Positions 8,720 to 18,231 of a stretch of 64,000 bases of DNA are shown here, piece after piece. Made by a program: the position numbers and the translations under genes. Where the stretch lies: contig JAAYYL010000176.1 of the NCBI GenBank assembly GCA_012515395.1, positions 3,914 to 67,913 of the forward strand, written 5' to 3'. The notes below the pieces were generated by a model. That model did not search any database. It was given only the letters and a program-made list of their open reading frames with translations, and was not told the origin of the DNA. The stretch comes from Bacteroidales bacterium (GTDB lineage Bacteria > Bacteroidota > Bacteroidia > Bacteroidales > UBA932). Position 1 is the first letter of the stretch, and each line of letters opens with the position of its first letter.

Positions 8720-9650
8720 AGGGAGGAATGGATTGTATGAAATCCCGTTCCAGGAGAACGGATCCCACAAAGTTATAAGACTGCGGGGTAAGTTTTGTTT
8801 CAATTTCTCCGGAACGCGGGTGAATCAACAGTTCCCTGAAACAGTTGAGCATCCATCTCTGGTGCGCGCGGCTGAAAGGGACCCCTGCTTGGGCACAAGC
8901 TTTTTCCAGAATGTTGAGGGTTCCTTCCACGTCCTGAAAAGCATCCATCCAGCCCCTGAGGGAAGCTTCCATGAATTTTTCGCACACGCGGGGCCGGTTC
9001 CAGGCCAGTTTTTCATGGACATAAATGCCGTCCTCAGGGAAATTCATGCCGTATTCGCTCATACGAAAGACATTCAGATCCTCTTCCCGCAAACCGGCGC
9101 TCAGCATTTCATGGTATTCGTTGTACCACATGGCAGTACAAACGTCCAGGCCTCCTTTTAAAAACAGGTTGATGGAATTATTGATGGTAATGACCTGCAT
9201 TTCTATGTTGTTACGCTTGAGCAGGCTTAACGGTTGCAATTCAAAATCTCCGCTCCAGATGCCGATTTTCTTCCCCTGGAAGTCTTCCAGGCGGTCAACG
9301 CCTTTGCCTTTGTGACTGACCAGAAGCAGTGCCGAGTTTTGGTTTGTCTGTGCCAGGAGCTGTATGGGCACTTTTTCGGCTCTTAGCTGTACGGCAGTGG
9401 AGAGCCACAAAATGGCAAAATCAAAATCGCCTGTTTTCAGAATGCGTGTAGATGGGATGCTTACCGTCCCGTGAATAATATCTATATCCAGATCTTCTTC
9501 CTGGTAGTACCCCTTTTCAAGGGCGTAGTAATAGCCGGCAAACTGAGCTTGCGGGTACCAGTGAAGCAGCAGGCGGTATGTTTTGTTCTGGGAATTAACA
9601 GGCAGGGCTGTTGTCAGTAACAATAATAATAGCGGCAATATTCGTTTCAT
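8694..9650 (-). CDS. Periplasmic NMT1/SsuA-like substrate-binding protein (no cognate permease or ATPase nearby)
   Basis: Signal peptide MKRILPLLLLLLTTALPVNS. HWYPQAQFAGYYYALEKGYY is typical of the NMT1/THI5-like SBP fold. Confidence 0.75.
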   Translation of the reverse strand: MKRILPLLLLLLTTALPVNSQNKTYRLLLHWYPQAQFAGYYYALEKGYYQEEDLDIDIIHGTVSIPSTRILKTGDFDFAILWLSTAVQLRAEKVPIQLLAQTNQNSALLLVSHKGKGVDRLEDFQGKKIGIWSGDFELQPLSLLKRNNIEMQVITINNSINLFLKGGLDVCTAMWYNEYHEMLSAGLREEDLNVFRMSEYGMNFPEDGIYVHEKLAWNRPRVCEKFMEASLRGWMDAFQDVEGTLNILEKACAQAGVPFSRAHQRWMLNCFRELLIHPRSGEIETKLTPQSYNFVGSVLLERDFIQSIPPYEKFIVPL

Positions 9651-9676
9651 GAGCCCAAAAAGCTTGATTGTCCTGA

Positions 9677-9684
9677 CAAATGTA
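9677..9684 (-). promoter_or_regulatory. -7 box TACATTTG (minus strand) for the signalling operon
   Basis: The reverse complement of caaatgta matches TAnnTTTG, 26 nt upstream of the ATG at 9650. Confidence 0.4.
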
Positions 9685-9718
9685 AGAAATAATGACAGAA
9701 AGGAATTATCTTTACTTC

Positions 9719-10777
9719 ATGAAACTGTTATTTTTACTCTGCATGGCACTTCAGAGCTTTGTCCCTGACAGCCTGGACGAGCGTGTGGAAAGATTGCACG
9801 ACTCAATCATTTCAATAGACACTCACAACGATTTTGCGATGTCCCTGGCGTTTCCCGACCGCAGGTCTACAGTGGCCAAAGGACAGGTTTCTTTTGAACT
9901 GATGAAAGAAGGACGGCTTGACGGCGCTTTTTTTGCTGCCTACCAGGGTCAGGGACCCTGTACTGACGCGGGCCGTGATAATGCAAAATACCTCGCAGAC
10001 AGCATGTTGCGCGCTTTGCACAGGTATGCCCGGGAAAACCGGAACCTGGGAGAGATAGCGTATTGCCCGGAAGATATCAGGAAATTGAAAAAGCAGGGAA
10101 AGGCAGCCATGTTGCTTTCCATAGAAAATGCATATTGCCTTGGAGAAGACATTTCTCTCGTGGAACATTACTACGATATGGGTGTCAGAATGATAGGACT
10201 TACACACAACGGGAACAACGACATTGCCGATTCCTGTATTGACAGTCTGGAACGTCACGGAGGACTTTCGCCTTTCGGCTTCAGGGTAATTCAGGAAATG
10301 AACCGGCTGGGGATTATTGTAGATGTTTCACATGCCTCCCGTAAAACGTGCCTTCAAGCCGTAGAAGCAAGCAGTGCTCCCATAATGGCCAGTCATTCCT
10401 GTGTATATAACCTGAAGGCAATTCCCAGGAATTTGACAGATCAGGAAATCCTGGCCATCGCCGCCGGGGGCGGGCTTATCCAGATATCCATTGGCCGGTA
10501 TTTTCTTTCTATCCTTCCCAAAGAAAAGGTGGGAATTTCTCATTTAATGGAACATATAAACTATGTAGTAAACCTGGTGGGAGTGGATCACGTAGGCATA
10601 GGAAGTGATTTTGACGGCGGCGGCGGGATTGTAGGGGTTGAAAATATGGGAAAAATGAAAGCCATTACCCGTGCGCTCCTGGAAGAAGGATACAGCTCTG
10701 AAGATATTGCAAAGATCTGGGGAGGCAATATCCTGCGTGTGATGGAAGCGGTACGCGCAAATGCCCGCAGTTTCTAA
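9719..10777 (+). CDS. Membrane dipeptidase (peptidase M19)
   Basis: SIDTHNDFA, GLTHNGNND and VDVSHAS motifs. The track start is 9692. The ATG at 9719 (MKLLFLLCMALQ signal) is preferred because a near-consensus box TATCTTTA ends 4 nt before it. Confidence 0.85.
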   Translation: MKLLFLLCMALQSFVPDSLDERVERLHDSIISIDTHNDFAMSLAFPDRRSTVAKGQVSFELMKEGRLDGAFFAAYQGQGPCTDAGRDNAKYLADSMLRALHRYARENRNLGEIAYCPEDIRKLKKQGKAAMLLSIENAYCLGEDISLVEHYYDMGVRMIGLTHNGNNDIADSCIDSLERHGGLSPFGFRVIQEMNRLGIIVDVSHASRKTCLQAVEASSAPIMASHSCVYNLKAIPRNLTDQEILAIAAGGGLIQISIGRYFLSILPKEKVGISHLMEHINYVVNLVGVDHVGIGSDFDGGGGIVGVENMGKMKAITRALLEEGYSSEDIAKIWGGNILRVMEAVRANARSF

Positions 10778-10806
10778 CATTTTTCGCTTTGTTTTGTTCA
10801 TAAATT

Positions 10807-10837
10807 TTTGTAAATCAGAAATTAAGTTCTATCTTTG
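10807..10837 (+). promoter_or_regulatory. Candidate Bacteroidota promoter for the rplP operon (-33 TTTG, 19 nt spacer, -7 TATCTTTG)
   Basis: TTTG at 10807..10810 and TATCTTTG at 10830..10837. This is the only promoter in the window with both elements at the expected spacing. Confidence 0.5.
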
Positions 10838-10888
10838 CAACCCGCAATTTTAGGGCAGTTTGTTCCTAATAATTTGCCGGACAATGGG

Positions 10889-10947
10889 TTACGTTATCGA
10901 CTCACACAAATTTGCATCGAAGCAACAATACATATTACGTTACGTTA
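10889..10947 (+). repeat. Three copies of TTACGTTA in the rplP leader
   Basis: Copies at 10889..10896, 10936..10943 and 10940..10947; the last two overlap. Function is unknown. Confidence 0.5.
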
Positions 10948-10965
10948 AACGTTTAGAAGAAAACA

Positions 10966-11391
10966 ATGTTACAACCTAAAAAAACCAAATTCAGAAGGCA
11001 ACAGAAAGGCCGTATGAAGGGGATCGCCCAGAGAGGAAACCAACTTGCTTTTGGGTCGTTCGGGATCAAAACCACTGAATCATGCTGGTTGACCGGTCAT
11101 CAGATTGAGGCCGCCCGTCAGGCAGTTACACGTTACATGAAACGTGAAGGACAAATATGGATCCGTGTATTTCCCGACAAACCTTTTACCAAGAAGCCTG
11201 CCGAGGTTCGTATGGGTAAAGGGAAAGGTGCTCCGGAAGGTTTTGTCTGCCCCGTTACTCCAGGCAGACTCCTGATTGAAGTAGAAGGTGTACCCATGGA
11301 AGTCGCCAAGGAAGCCCTCCGTTTAGGCGCCCAGAAATTGCCTGTTATCACAAAATTTGTGGTACGCAGGGATTATGTAGAACAAAATTAG
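10966..11391 (+). CDS. rplP: 50S ribosomal protein L16
   Basis: [19 protein letters not shown].. is an unmistakable L16. Confidence 0.97.
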   Translation: MLQPKKTKFRRQQKGRMKGIAQRGNQLAFGSFGIKTTESCWLTGHQIEAARQAVTRYMKREGQIWIRVFPDKPFTKKPAEVRMGKGKGAPEGFVCPVTPGRLLIEVEGVPMEVAKEALRLGAQKLPVITKFVVRRDYVEQN

Positions 11392-11401
11392 TTTAACAAA
11401 A

Positions 11402-11605
11402 ATGAAAGCACCTGAAATACGCGAGTTATCTGTGAAAGATTTAAGCGATCGTATTGAGGCGGAAAAAGCCAACTTGCTTCGTCTTAAAATGAACCACGCC
11501 ATCTCTCCTGTAGATGATTTGTCACAAATAAAGAAAGCACGCCGCAATATAGCACGGATGCTTACTATTTTGAGTGAAACAAAAGCCAAACAGAATCTAG
11601 AATAA
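11402..11605 (+). CDS. rpmC: 50S ribosomal protein L29
   Basis: 67 aa, MKAPEIRELSVKDL; conserved operon position. Confidence 0.95.
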   Translation: MKAPEIRELSVKDLSDRIEAEKANLLRLKMNHAISPVDDLSQIKKARRNIARMLTILSETKAKQNLE

Positions 11606-11612
11606 TTGATTC

Positions 11613-11867
11613 ATGGAAAGAAATCTTAGAAAAGAAAGAACAGGACTGGTGGTCAGCAATAAAATGGATAAATCCATTGTGGTTGCCGTTAAAAGAAAGG
11701 TAAAACACCCTGTTTACGGAAAATTCGTAAATAAAACCACCAAGTTTGTGGCTCATGATGAAAAGAATGAGTGCAGCGAGGGTGATACCGTACGCATTAT
11801 GGAAACCCGGCCTTTGAGTAAAAACAAATGCTGGCGTTTAATAGAAATCGTTGAAAAAGTGAAATAG
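11613..11867 (+). CDS. rpsQ: 30S ribosomal protein S17
   Basis: [24 protein letters not shown]. Confidence 0.96.
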   Translation: MERNLRKERTGLVVSNKMDKSIVVAVKRKVKHPVYGKFVNKTTKFVAHDEKNECSEGDTVRIMETRPLSKNKCWRLIEIVEKVK

Positions 11868-11869
11868 CC

Positions 11870-12238
11870 ATGATACAGCAAGAATCACGTTTACTGGTGG
11901 CTGACAACAGCGGTGCAAAAGTAGTTCTTTGTATCCGCGTTTTGGGTGGAACAAAACGCAGATATGCGCGTATCGGCGACACCATAGTAGTTTCAGTCAA
12001 GAGTGCCATTCCGGGCGGCGGCGATGCCAAAAAAGGCTCCGTCTCCAAGGCCGTTGTGGTAAGGACCAAGAAAGAAATTCGTCGTAATGACGGATCGTAT
12101 ATCCGTTTTGACGACAATGCCTGTGTTTTACTTAATAACACCGGGGAGTTACGCGGAACGCGTATTTTCGGCCCGGTAGCCCGTGAGCTCAGGGAACGTT
12201 ACATGAAAATTGTCTCACTGGCTCCGGAGGTATTATAG
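11870..12238 (+). CDS. rplN: 50S ribosomal protein L14
   Basis: [17 protein letters not shown]. Confidence 0.98.
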   Translation: MIQQESRLLVADNSGAKVVLCIRVLGGTKRRYARIGDTIVVSVKSAIPGGGDAKKGSVSKAVVVRTKKEIRRNDGSYIRFDDNACVLLNNTGELRGTRIFGPVARELRERYMKIVSLAPEVL

Positions 12239-12248
12239 GATTATAGTT

Positions 12249-12572
12249 ATGAGTACAAAATTGCACATAAAGAAAGGCGACACGGTATTTGTGAATACCG
12301 GAGAAGACAAGGGAAAAACCGGCAGGGTGCTTGAAGTCCTTCCCAAAGATCAACGCGCAATCGTTGAAGGGATCAACATGGTCAGCAAGCATACCAAACC
12401 TTCTGCCAAAAACCCGCAGGGAGGCATCATAAAACAGGAAGCCGCCATACATATATCCAATCTTCAGGTGGTGGATCCTTCCAAAGGAGGACCTACTCGT
12501 ATAGGACGCCGTCTGAACGACAAGGGGAAATTGGTACGTTATGCTAAAAAATCGGGAGAGGAGATCAAGTAA
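12249..12572 (+). CDS. rplX: 50S ribosomal protein L24
   Basis: The ATG at 12249 gives [25 protein letters not shown] (KOW motif). The track ORF starts upstream, inside rplN. Confidence 0.95.
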   Translation: MSTKLHIKKGDTVFVNTGEDKGKTGRVLEVLPKDQRAIVEGINMVSKHTKPSAKNPQGGIIKQEAAIHISNLQVVDPSKGGPTRIGRRLNDKGKLVRYAKKSGEEIK

Positions 12573-13177
12573 TGGCAAAAGCAGTAAAAAAACAACAACC
12601 GGCACCTGTGGTAGTAAAAGACTATGTGCCCGCCCTGCAGAAGAAATATAAGGAAGAGATTGTGCCCAAACTGATGAAGGAATTCGGGTACAAATCCATT
12701 ATGCAGGTACCCCGACTGGAAAAGATCGTTTTGAATGAAGGCGTTGGCTCTGCCACTGCCGATAAAAAACTGATTGAAACAGCACAGAACGAATTGACGC
12801 TCATAGCCGGGCAGAAAGCAGTACAAACCGTATCGCGCAAAGACATCTCCAACTTCAAATTGCGTAGGGGAATGCCCATTGGCGTTAAGGTTACCCTGCG
12901 GTCTGCTAAAATGTATGAGTTCCTGGACCGCCTGATCTCAATAGCCCTTCCCCGTATCAGGGACTTTAAAGGGATTGCCGAGAAATTCGACGGACGCGGA
13001 AATTATACTCTGGGCATCAGAGAACAAATCATTTTCCCTGAAATTGACATTGACAAGATCACCAAGATCCTTGGCATTGAGATTACCTTTGTCACATCCA
13101 GCGAGAAAGACGAAGAAGCTTACGCCTTGCTGCGTGAATTCGGATTACCTTTTAAAAACATTAAAAAACAACAATAA
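12572..13177 (+). CDS. rplE: 50S ribosomal protein L5 (about 16 aa N-terminal extension)
   Basis: [14 protein letters not shown]..; the start overlaps the rplX stop as TAATG. Confidence 0.95.
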   Translation: MAKAVKKQQPAPVVVKDYVPALQKKYKEEIVPKLMKEFGYKSIMQVPRLEKIVLNEGVGSATADKKLIETAQNELTLIAGQKAVQTVSRKDISNFKLRRGMPIGVKVTLRSAKMYEFLDRLISIALPRIRDFKGIAEKFDGRGNYTLGIREQIIFPEIDIDKITKILGIEITFVTSSEKDEEAYALLREFGLPFKNIKKQQ

Positions 13178-13447
13178 ATGGCAAAAGAGTCAATGAAAGC
13201 GCGCGAGGTCAAACGTGCCAGATTATGCGCCAGGTATGCAGAAAAAAGGAAAGCTTTGAAAGAGGCGGGAGATTGGGAAGGATTGGCAAAGCTGCCCAAG
13301 AACTCAAGCCCCGTCAGATTGCACAATCGCTGTTCCATTACGGGCAGGCCCAAAGGGTACATGCGTGAGTTCGGGATTTCCCGCATACAGTTCCGCGAAA
13401 TGGCGAGTAACGGTTTGATCCCCGGCGTACGCAAAGCAAGCTGGTAG
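13178..13447 (+). CDS. rpsN: 30S ribosomal protein S14 (long form)
   Basis: [18 protein letters not shown]. Confidence 0.96.
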   Translation: MAKESMKAREVKRARLCARYAEKRKALKEAGDWEGLAKLPKNSSPVRLHNRCSITGRPKGYMREFGISRIQFREMASNGLIPGVRKASW

Positions 13448-13536
13448 ACAAAGCCCCGTGTGGGCAACCATACATACTTTATTTATTGGATATCGGGCAA
13501 TTTATTGCCGAAAACAAATTTAAAAACACCTTTATT

Positions 13537-13932
13537 ATGACTGATCCAATAGCAGATTATCTGACAAGGATTCGCAATGCGGTGACCGCAGGACACAAGG
13601 TCGTGGAAATACCCGCATCAAAGGTAAAAACGGAACTCACCCGTATTTTACACGAAAAGGGTTACATACTCAGTTATAAAATTGAGGAAGGAACACCCTC
13701 CAACACCATCAAGATCGCATTAAAATACCATCCCGAGACAAAACGCCCGGCCATTAAAAAGCTTATCCGCGTTTCCAGTCCAGGTTTGCGCCGTTATGCA
13801 AGTGTGGACAAAATGCCCCGCGTACTGAACGGACTGGGTATTGCGATCGTATCTACATCCAAAGGAATTATCACCGACAAAGAAGCAAAAACGCTCAATG
13901 TTGGCGGTGAGATCATGTGTTACGTATATTAA
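13537..13932 (+). CDS. rpsH: 30S ribosomal protein S8
   Basis: The ATG at 13537 gives MTDPIADYLTRIRNA. Confidence 0.96.
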   Translation: MTDPIADYLTRIRNAVTAGHKVVEIPASKVKTELTRILHEKGYILSYKIEEGTPSNTIKIALKYHPETKRPAIKKLIRVSSPGLRRYASVDKMPRVLNGLGIAIVSTSKGIITDKEAKTLNVGGEIMCYVY

Positions 13933-13945
13933 TGAAAAGAACAAT

Positions 13946-14506
13946 ATGTCACGAATAGGAAAACTCCCTGTAAACCTGCCAAAAGGTGTGAGCGTAACAA
14001 TGGGCTCGGGCAATTTGGTGACGGTGAAAGGCCCTCTCGGAGAATTACAACAAAAAGTAGATCCGGACATCAAGGTGTCGGTGGAGGGAACAGAGCTTAA
14101 GCTGGAACGTCCTACAGATCAGCCTCGCCACAGGTCAATGCATGGTTTGTACCGTGCCCTGATCCATAATATGGTGGTTGGCGTTTCTACGGGTTTTACC
14201 ACTAAGCAGGAATTGGTCGGCGTGGGTTACCGCGTTGAGGCAAAAGGACAAATGCTGGAATTCAACCTGGGTTATTCTCATGATATCCATTTCATGTTAC
14301 CCAAAGAGATCAAGGCATCGGTGGAAATTGCCCGGAAAGGCGCGAATCCGGTCCTGACACTTACGAGTCATGACAAGCAATTGCTGGGAACGGTGGCTGC
14401 CAAGATTCGGTCACTGCGCGTTCCCGAACCTTACAAAGGCAAGGGTATTAAATTTGTAGGTGAACAAATACGCCGTAAAGCCGGGAAATCGGCCGGAGCT
14501 AAATAG
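13946..14506 (+). CDS. rplF: 50S ribosomal protein L6
   Basis: The ATG at 13946 gives [17 protein letters not shown]. Confidence 0.96.
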   Translation: MSRIGKLPVNLPKGVSVTMGSGNLVTVKGPLGELQQKVDPDIKVSVEGTELKLERPTDQPRHRSMHGLYRALIHNMVVGVSTGFTTKQELVGVGYRVEAKGQMLEFNLGYSHDIHFMLPKEIKASVEIARKGANPVLTLTSHDKQLLGTVAAKIRSLRVPEPYKGKGIKFVGEQIRRKAGKSAGAK

Positions 14507-14508
14507 TA

Positions 14509-14515
14509 GGAGGTG
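14509..14515 (+). promoter_or_regulatory. Shine-Dalgarno-like GGAGGTG before rplR
   Basis: 5 nt upstream of the ATG at 14521. Confidence 0.6.
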
Positions 14516-14520
14516 AAATT

Positions 14521-14883
14521 ATGGCTTTAACAAAACAAGCAAGAAGACAACGGATCAAATACCGCATTCGCAAGCGGATATCCGGAACTCCCGAACGTCC
14601 CAGATTGGCCGTATACAGGAGTAATAAACAGATATATGTACAGATGATAGACGATACCAAAGGGGTGACCCTGGTGCAGGCTTCTTCCAAAGATACTTCT
14701 CTGGCAGAAGCACTGAAAGGGAAAACCCCCGTCCAGATATCCGCACTTGTAGGCAAACTGGCTGCAGAAAGGGCACTGGAAAAAGGCATTACTACAGTAT
14801 CATTTGACCGTGGAGGATATCTCTATCACGGAAGGATAAAAAGTTTAGCAGACGCCGCCAGAGAAGGTGGTCTTAAATTCTAA
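14521..14883 (+). CDS. rplR: 50S ribosomal protein L18
   Basis: [31 protein letters not shown]. Confidence 0.97.
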   Translation: MALTKQARRQRIKYRIRKRISGTPERPRLAVYRSNKQIYVQMIDDTKGVTLVQASSKDTSLAEALKGKTPVQISALVGKLAAERALEKGITTVSFDRGGYLYHGRIKSLADAAREGGLKF

Positions 14884-14890
14884 TACGGAT

Positions 14891-15409
14891 ATGGCAAGTA
14901 TAAAAGCAAAAAAAGTAAAAGCCACGGACCTTGAATTAAAAGACCGTCTGGTGGCCATTCAACGAGTTACCAAAGTTACGAAAGGAGGGCGTCACTTCAG
15001 TTTCGCTGCCATAGTAGTTGTCGGTGATGAAAAAGGAGTTGTCGGTTACGGACTCGGTAAAGCGGGAGAGGTAACCTCGGCCATATCAAAAGGAATTGAG
15101 GATGCAAAAAAGAATTTGTATCGTATTCCGCTCAACAGGGAAACGATTCCTCACGAGATGGAGGCCAAATTCGGAGGAGCCCGCGTATTTATGAAACCTG
15201 CAGCACCCGGATCGGGTGTGATAGCCGGAGGTGCTATGCGCGCTGTATTTGAATCGGTAGGTATACATGACGTGCTGGCCAAGTCAAAAGGGTGTTCCAA
15301 CCCCCACAACCTGGTTAAGGCTACTGTGCATGCTCTTATGGAAATGCGCGATGCATATCAGGTGGCCGGAGTTCGCGGTGTCAAGATGGATAAGGTTTTT
15401 AACGGATAA
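14891..15409 (+). CDS. rpsE: 30S ribosomal protein S5
   Basis: The ATG at 14891 gives MASIKAKK..; [13 protein letters not shown]. Confidence 0.96.
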   Translation: MASIKAKKVKATDLELKDRLVAIQRVTKVTKGGRHFSFAAIVVVGDEKGVVGYGLGKAGEVTSAISKGIEDAKKNLYRIPLNRETIPHEMEAKFGGARVFMKPAAPGSGVIAGGAMRAVFESVGIHDVLAKSKGCSNPHNLVKATVHALMEMRDAYQVAGVRGVKMDKVFNG

Positions 15410-15414
15410 GGAGG
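15410..15414 (+). promoter_or_regulatory. Shine-Dalgarno-like GGAGG before rpmD
   Basis: aaGGAGGaagg, 7 nt upstream of the ATG at 15422. Confidence 0.6.
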
Positions 15415-15421
15415 AAGGATT

Positions 15422-15604
15422 ATGGAAATTTGGAAAATCACACAGGTTAAAAGTAAGAATTCCGCCACAAAACGCCAGATAGACACATTAGCTGCCCTGG
15501 GGATCCGCAAGATGAACCATTCGGTAGAAAAGGAAGCGACCCCGGTGATCAGGGGGATGGTGGAGAAAGTACGTCATTTGGTCTCAGTTGAAGAAGTAAA
15601 GTAA
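15422..15604 (+). CDS. rpmD: 50S ribosomal protein L30
   Basis: 60 aa; KITQVKS..TLAALG. Confidence 0.93.
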   Translation: MEIWKITQVKSKNSATKRQIDTLAALGIRKMNHSVEKEATPVIRGMVEKVRHLVSVEEVK

Positions 15605-15605
15605 A

Positions 15606-15610
15606 GGAGG
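15606..15610 (+). promoter_or_regulatory. Shine-Dalgarno-like GGAGG before rplO
   Basis: aaaGGAGGaaac, 7 nt upstream of the ATG at 15618. Confidence 0.6.
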
Positions 15611-15617
15611 AAACAAT

Positions 15618-16067
15618 ATGAATTTATCAAATTTAAAACCCGCAGAAGGGTCGGTTTCCAAGAGAAAACGTATTGGTCGCGGCGAAGGATCCGGAAAAGG
15701 AGGTACTTCTACACGCGGACACAAAGGAGCCCAATCGCGTTCGGGTTATTCCCGTAAACCGGGATTTGAAGGAGGCCAGATGCCTTTGCAACGGCGCCTT
15801 CCCAAATTCGGATTCAGGAATATGAACCGGGTAGAGTATAAGGCCATCAACCTTTCCACTTTACAGGCGTTGCATGAAAAAACGGGTCTTACCGATATAG
15901 ACTTCAACGCATTACGCGATGCAGGTCTGGTATCCGGGAACGACCTGGTTAAAATATTGGGTAACGGTGAACTCAACGTTACATTGAACGTTACAGCTCA
16001 CGGTTTTTCCCAAAAGGCAAAAGAAGCTATTGAGGCAAAAGAAGGGAAAGCTGTTGTCATTGAATAA
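15618..16067 (+). CDS. rplO: 50S ribosomal protein L15
   Basis: [30 protein letters not shown]. Confidence 0.97.
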   Translation: MNLSNLKPAEGSVSKRKRIGRGEGSGKGGTSTRGHKGAQSRSGYSRKPGFEGGQMPLQRRLPKFGFRNMNRVEYKAINLSTLQALHEKTGLTDIDFNALRDAGLVSGNDLVKILGNGELNVTLNVTAHGFSQKAKEAIEAKEGKAVVIE

Positions 16068-16086
16068 CCCAGAATACGCCTGACCA

Positions 16087-17406
16087 ATGAAAAAACTGAT
16101 AGAAACCATAAAAAACATTTTCAAGATTGAAGAACTGCGCAAGCGGATCGTATACACGATGTTGCTTCTGCTGATCTACAGGCTGGGCAGCTTCGTGGTT
16201 TTGCCCGGAATAGATCCCATGCAGTTGAGCAATCTGCAGGCACAGGCTTCAGGAGGTCTGGTAGGATTGTTGAACATGTTTTCGGGCGGAGCGTTCGGGA
16301 ATGCCTCTATTTTTGCTTTGGGGGTTATGCCTTACATCTCGGCCTCAATCGTGATACAGCTTTTGGGTATTATGATACCCTATTTCCAGAGGATGCAGCG
16401 GGAAGGAGAAAGCGGCCGCCGGAAAATGAACCAGTGGACACGCTATTTGACCATCCTGATCCTTGCACTGCAGGGGCCTGCCTATTTAACGAATTTGCAT
16501 GCGCAGCTTCCGGAAACGGCATTTTTGCTAAGCGGTTTTTCGTTCAACCTTTTTGCCACCGTAGTCCTTATTGGCGGAACCATGTTCATCATGTGGCTGG
16601 GTGAAAGGATAACGGATCGCGGATTGGGAAATGGTATTTCCCTGATCATTATGGTGGGTATTGTTGCCCGCCTGCCTTTTGCTTTTGTTGCCGAGGCAGG
16701 GGACCGGTGGTCACAATCAACCGGGGGCATTTTGATGCTTGTGGTTGAACTGGTGGTGCTGTTCTTTATATTTGTGGCATCCATCGCCTTGGTGCAGGGT
16801 GTCCGCAAAATCCCCGTGCAATATGCAAAACGTATAGTGGGTAACAAGCAATACGGTGGTGTACGTCAGTACATTCCCCTGAAGATCAATGCTGCAGGAG
16901 TTATGCCCATCATTTTTGCACAAGCCCTTATGTTGTTTCCCATGATCTTTGCCAGTTTTGATGCCACCCGCGGTTTTGCCGCAGTTATGAGCAATATGCA
17001 GGGATTTTGGTATAACTTTGTATTTTTCATACTGGTGGTTGCCTTTACGTATTTTTATACTGCAGTAACGGTTAATCCAACCAATATGGCAGACGACATG
17101 AAGAAAAACGGAGGTTTTATTCCCGGTGTCAAACCCGGAAAGAAAACATCCGAATATATTGATACAATAATGTCCCGTATCACGCTTCCCGGTTCCATAT
17201 TTTTAGGCCTGGTGGCAATCATGCCCGTTTTCGCGCAGATGATAGGGGTCAATATGCAGTTTGCCCAGTTTTACGGAGGAACATCACTCCTGATCCTGGT
17301 TGGCGTTATCCTGGACACATTGCAACAGATAGAGAGTCATCTTTTAATGCGTCATTACGACGGATTGATGAAGACAGGAAGGCTGAAAGGCCGTTCCAAC
17401 ATGTAA
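16087..17406 (+). CDS. secY: Preprotein translocase subunit SecY
   Basis: 439 aa, 10-TM; LGVMPYISASIVIQLL. Confidence 0.97.
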   Translation: MKKLIETIKNIFKIEELRKRIVYTMLLLLIYRLGSFVVLPGIDPMQLSNLQAQASGGLVGLLNMFSGGAFGNASIFALGVMPYISASIVIQLLGIMIPYFQRMQREGESGRRKMNQWTRYLTILILALQGPAYLTNLHAQLPETAFLLSGFSFNLFATVVLIGGTMFIMWLGERITDRGLGNGISLIIMVGIVARLPFAFVAEAGDRWSQSTGGILMLVVELVVLFFIFVASIALVQGVRKIPVQYAKRIVGNKQYGGVRQYIPLKINAAGVMPIIFAQALMLFPMIFASFDATRGFAAVMSNMQGFWYNFVFFILVVAFTYFYTAVTVNPTNMADDMKKNGGFIPGVKPGKKTSEYIDTIMSRITLPGSIFLGLVAIMPVFAQMIGVNMQFAQFYGGTSLLILVGVILDTLQQIESHLLMRHYDGLMKTGRLKGRSNM

Positions 17407-17433
17407 GCGAATTTTTAAATTGTTCTTTGTTTA

Positions 17434-18204
17434 ATGATTATTACGAAAACCGAAGAAGAGATCGCGCTAATGCGCGAAAACGGGATATTGGTTTCCAAAA
17501 CACTTGCGGAAGTAGGAAAGCATGTCGCTCCCGGGGTGACCACCGGTCATCTCAATGCAATTGCTGAATCTTTCATTCGTGATCACGGAGCTGTTCCCGC
17601 TTTTCTCGGATACAACGGTTTTCCTTTTACCCTGTGTGTTTCCGTAAATTCGACAGTAGTCCACGGATTTCCCGGTGATTACCGCCTGAAGGAAGGAGAC
17701 ATAGTTTCTGTGGATTGCGGGACAAAGTATAAGGGGTTTTTTGGGGACTCGGCCTACACTTTTGGCGTAGGACAAGTTTCTCAAGCGGCTGAACTGCTTA
17801 TGCGCACTACCCGGGAATCACTTTTCAAGGGTATAGAGAAAGCCATCGCCGGTAATCGCATTGGCGATATCGGTGCTGCTGTTCAAACTCATGTTGAACA
17901 ACGCGGTTTTTCCGTGGTAAGGGAGATGGTAGGTCACGGCATAGGACGGAACCTTCACGAAAAGCCCGATGTGCCGAATTACGGCAGGCCCGGCCAGGGC
18001 AAACATCTGGAAGAAGGTATGGTGATTTGCATTGAACCTATGATCAACCAGGGAGGAAGAGGCGTATACCTGGAAAGAGACGGTTGGACGTTAAAAACAG
18101 CAGACAACAGGAATTCGGCCCATTACGAACTGACGGTTGTCATTCGTAAAAACAAAGCGGAACTCTTGTCAACCTTTGCCTTCATAGAAGGCGAAAAAAT
18201 ATAA
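17434..18204 (+). CDS. map: Type I methionine aminopeptidase
   Basis: VHGFPG..DCG..GHGIG..EPM metal-ligand motifs. Confidence 0.95.
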   Translation: MIITKTEEEIALMRENGILVSKTLAEVGKHVAPGVTTGHLNAIAESFIRDHGAVPAFLGYNGFPFTLCVSVNSTVVHGFPGDYRLKEGDIVSVDCGTKYKGFFGDSAYTFGVGQVSQAAELLMRTTRESLFKGIEKAIAGNRIGDIGAAVQTHVEQRGFSVVREMVGHGIGRNLHEKPDVPNYGRPGQGKHLEEGMVICIEPMINQGGRGVYLERDGWTLKTADNRNSAHYELTVVIRKNKAELLSTFAFIEGEKI

Positions 18205-18231
18205 AGAATGAGATTATAAAGGATTAACAAA

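Noticed and set aside
10838-10965. The idea that the rplP leader hides a tRNA or a known riboswitch or r-protein leader.
   Set aside because: There is no T-loop (GTTCRANYC) or cloverleaf. I do not recognise any known leader motif, and no extended stem is visible by eye. It is kept only as an uncharacterised repeat-bearing leader.
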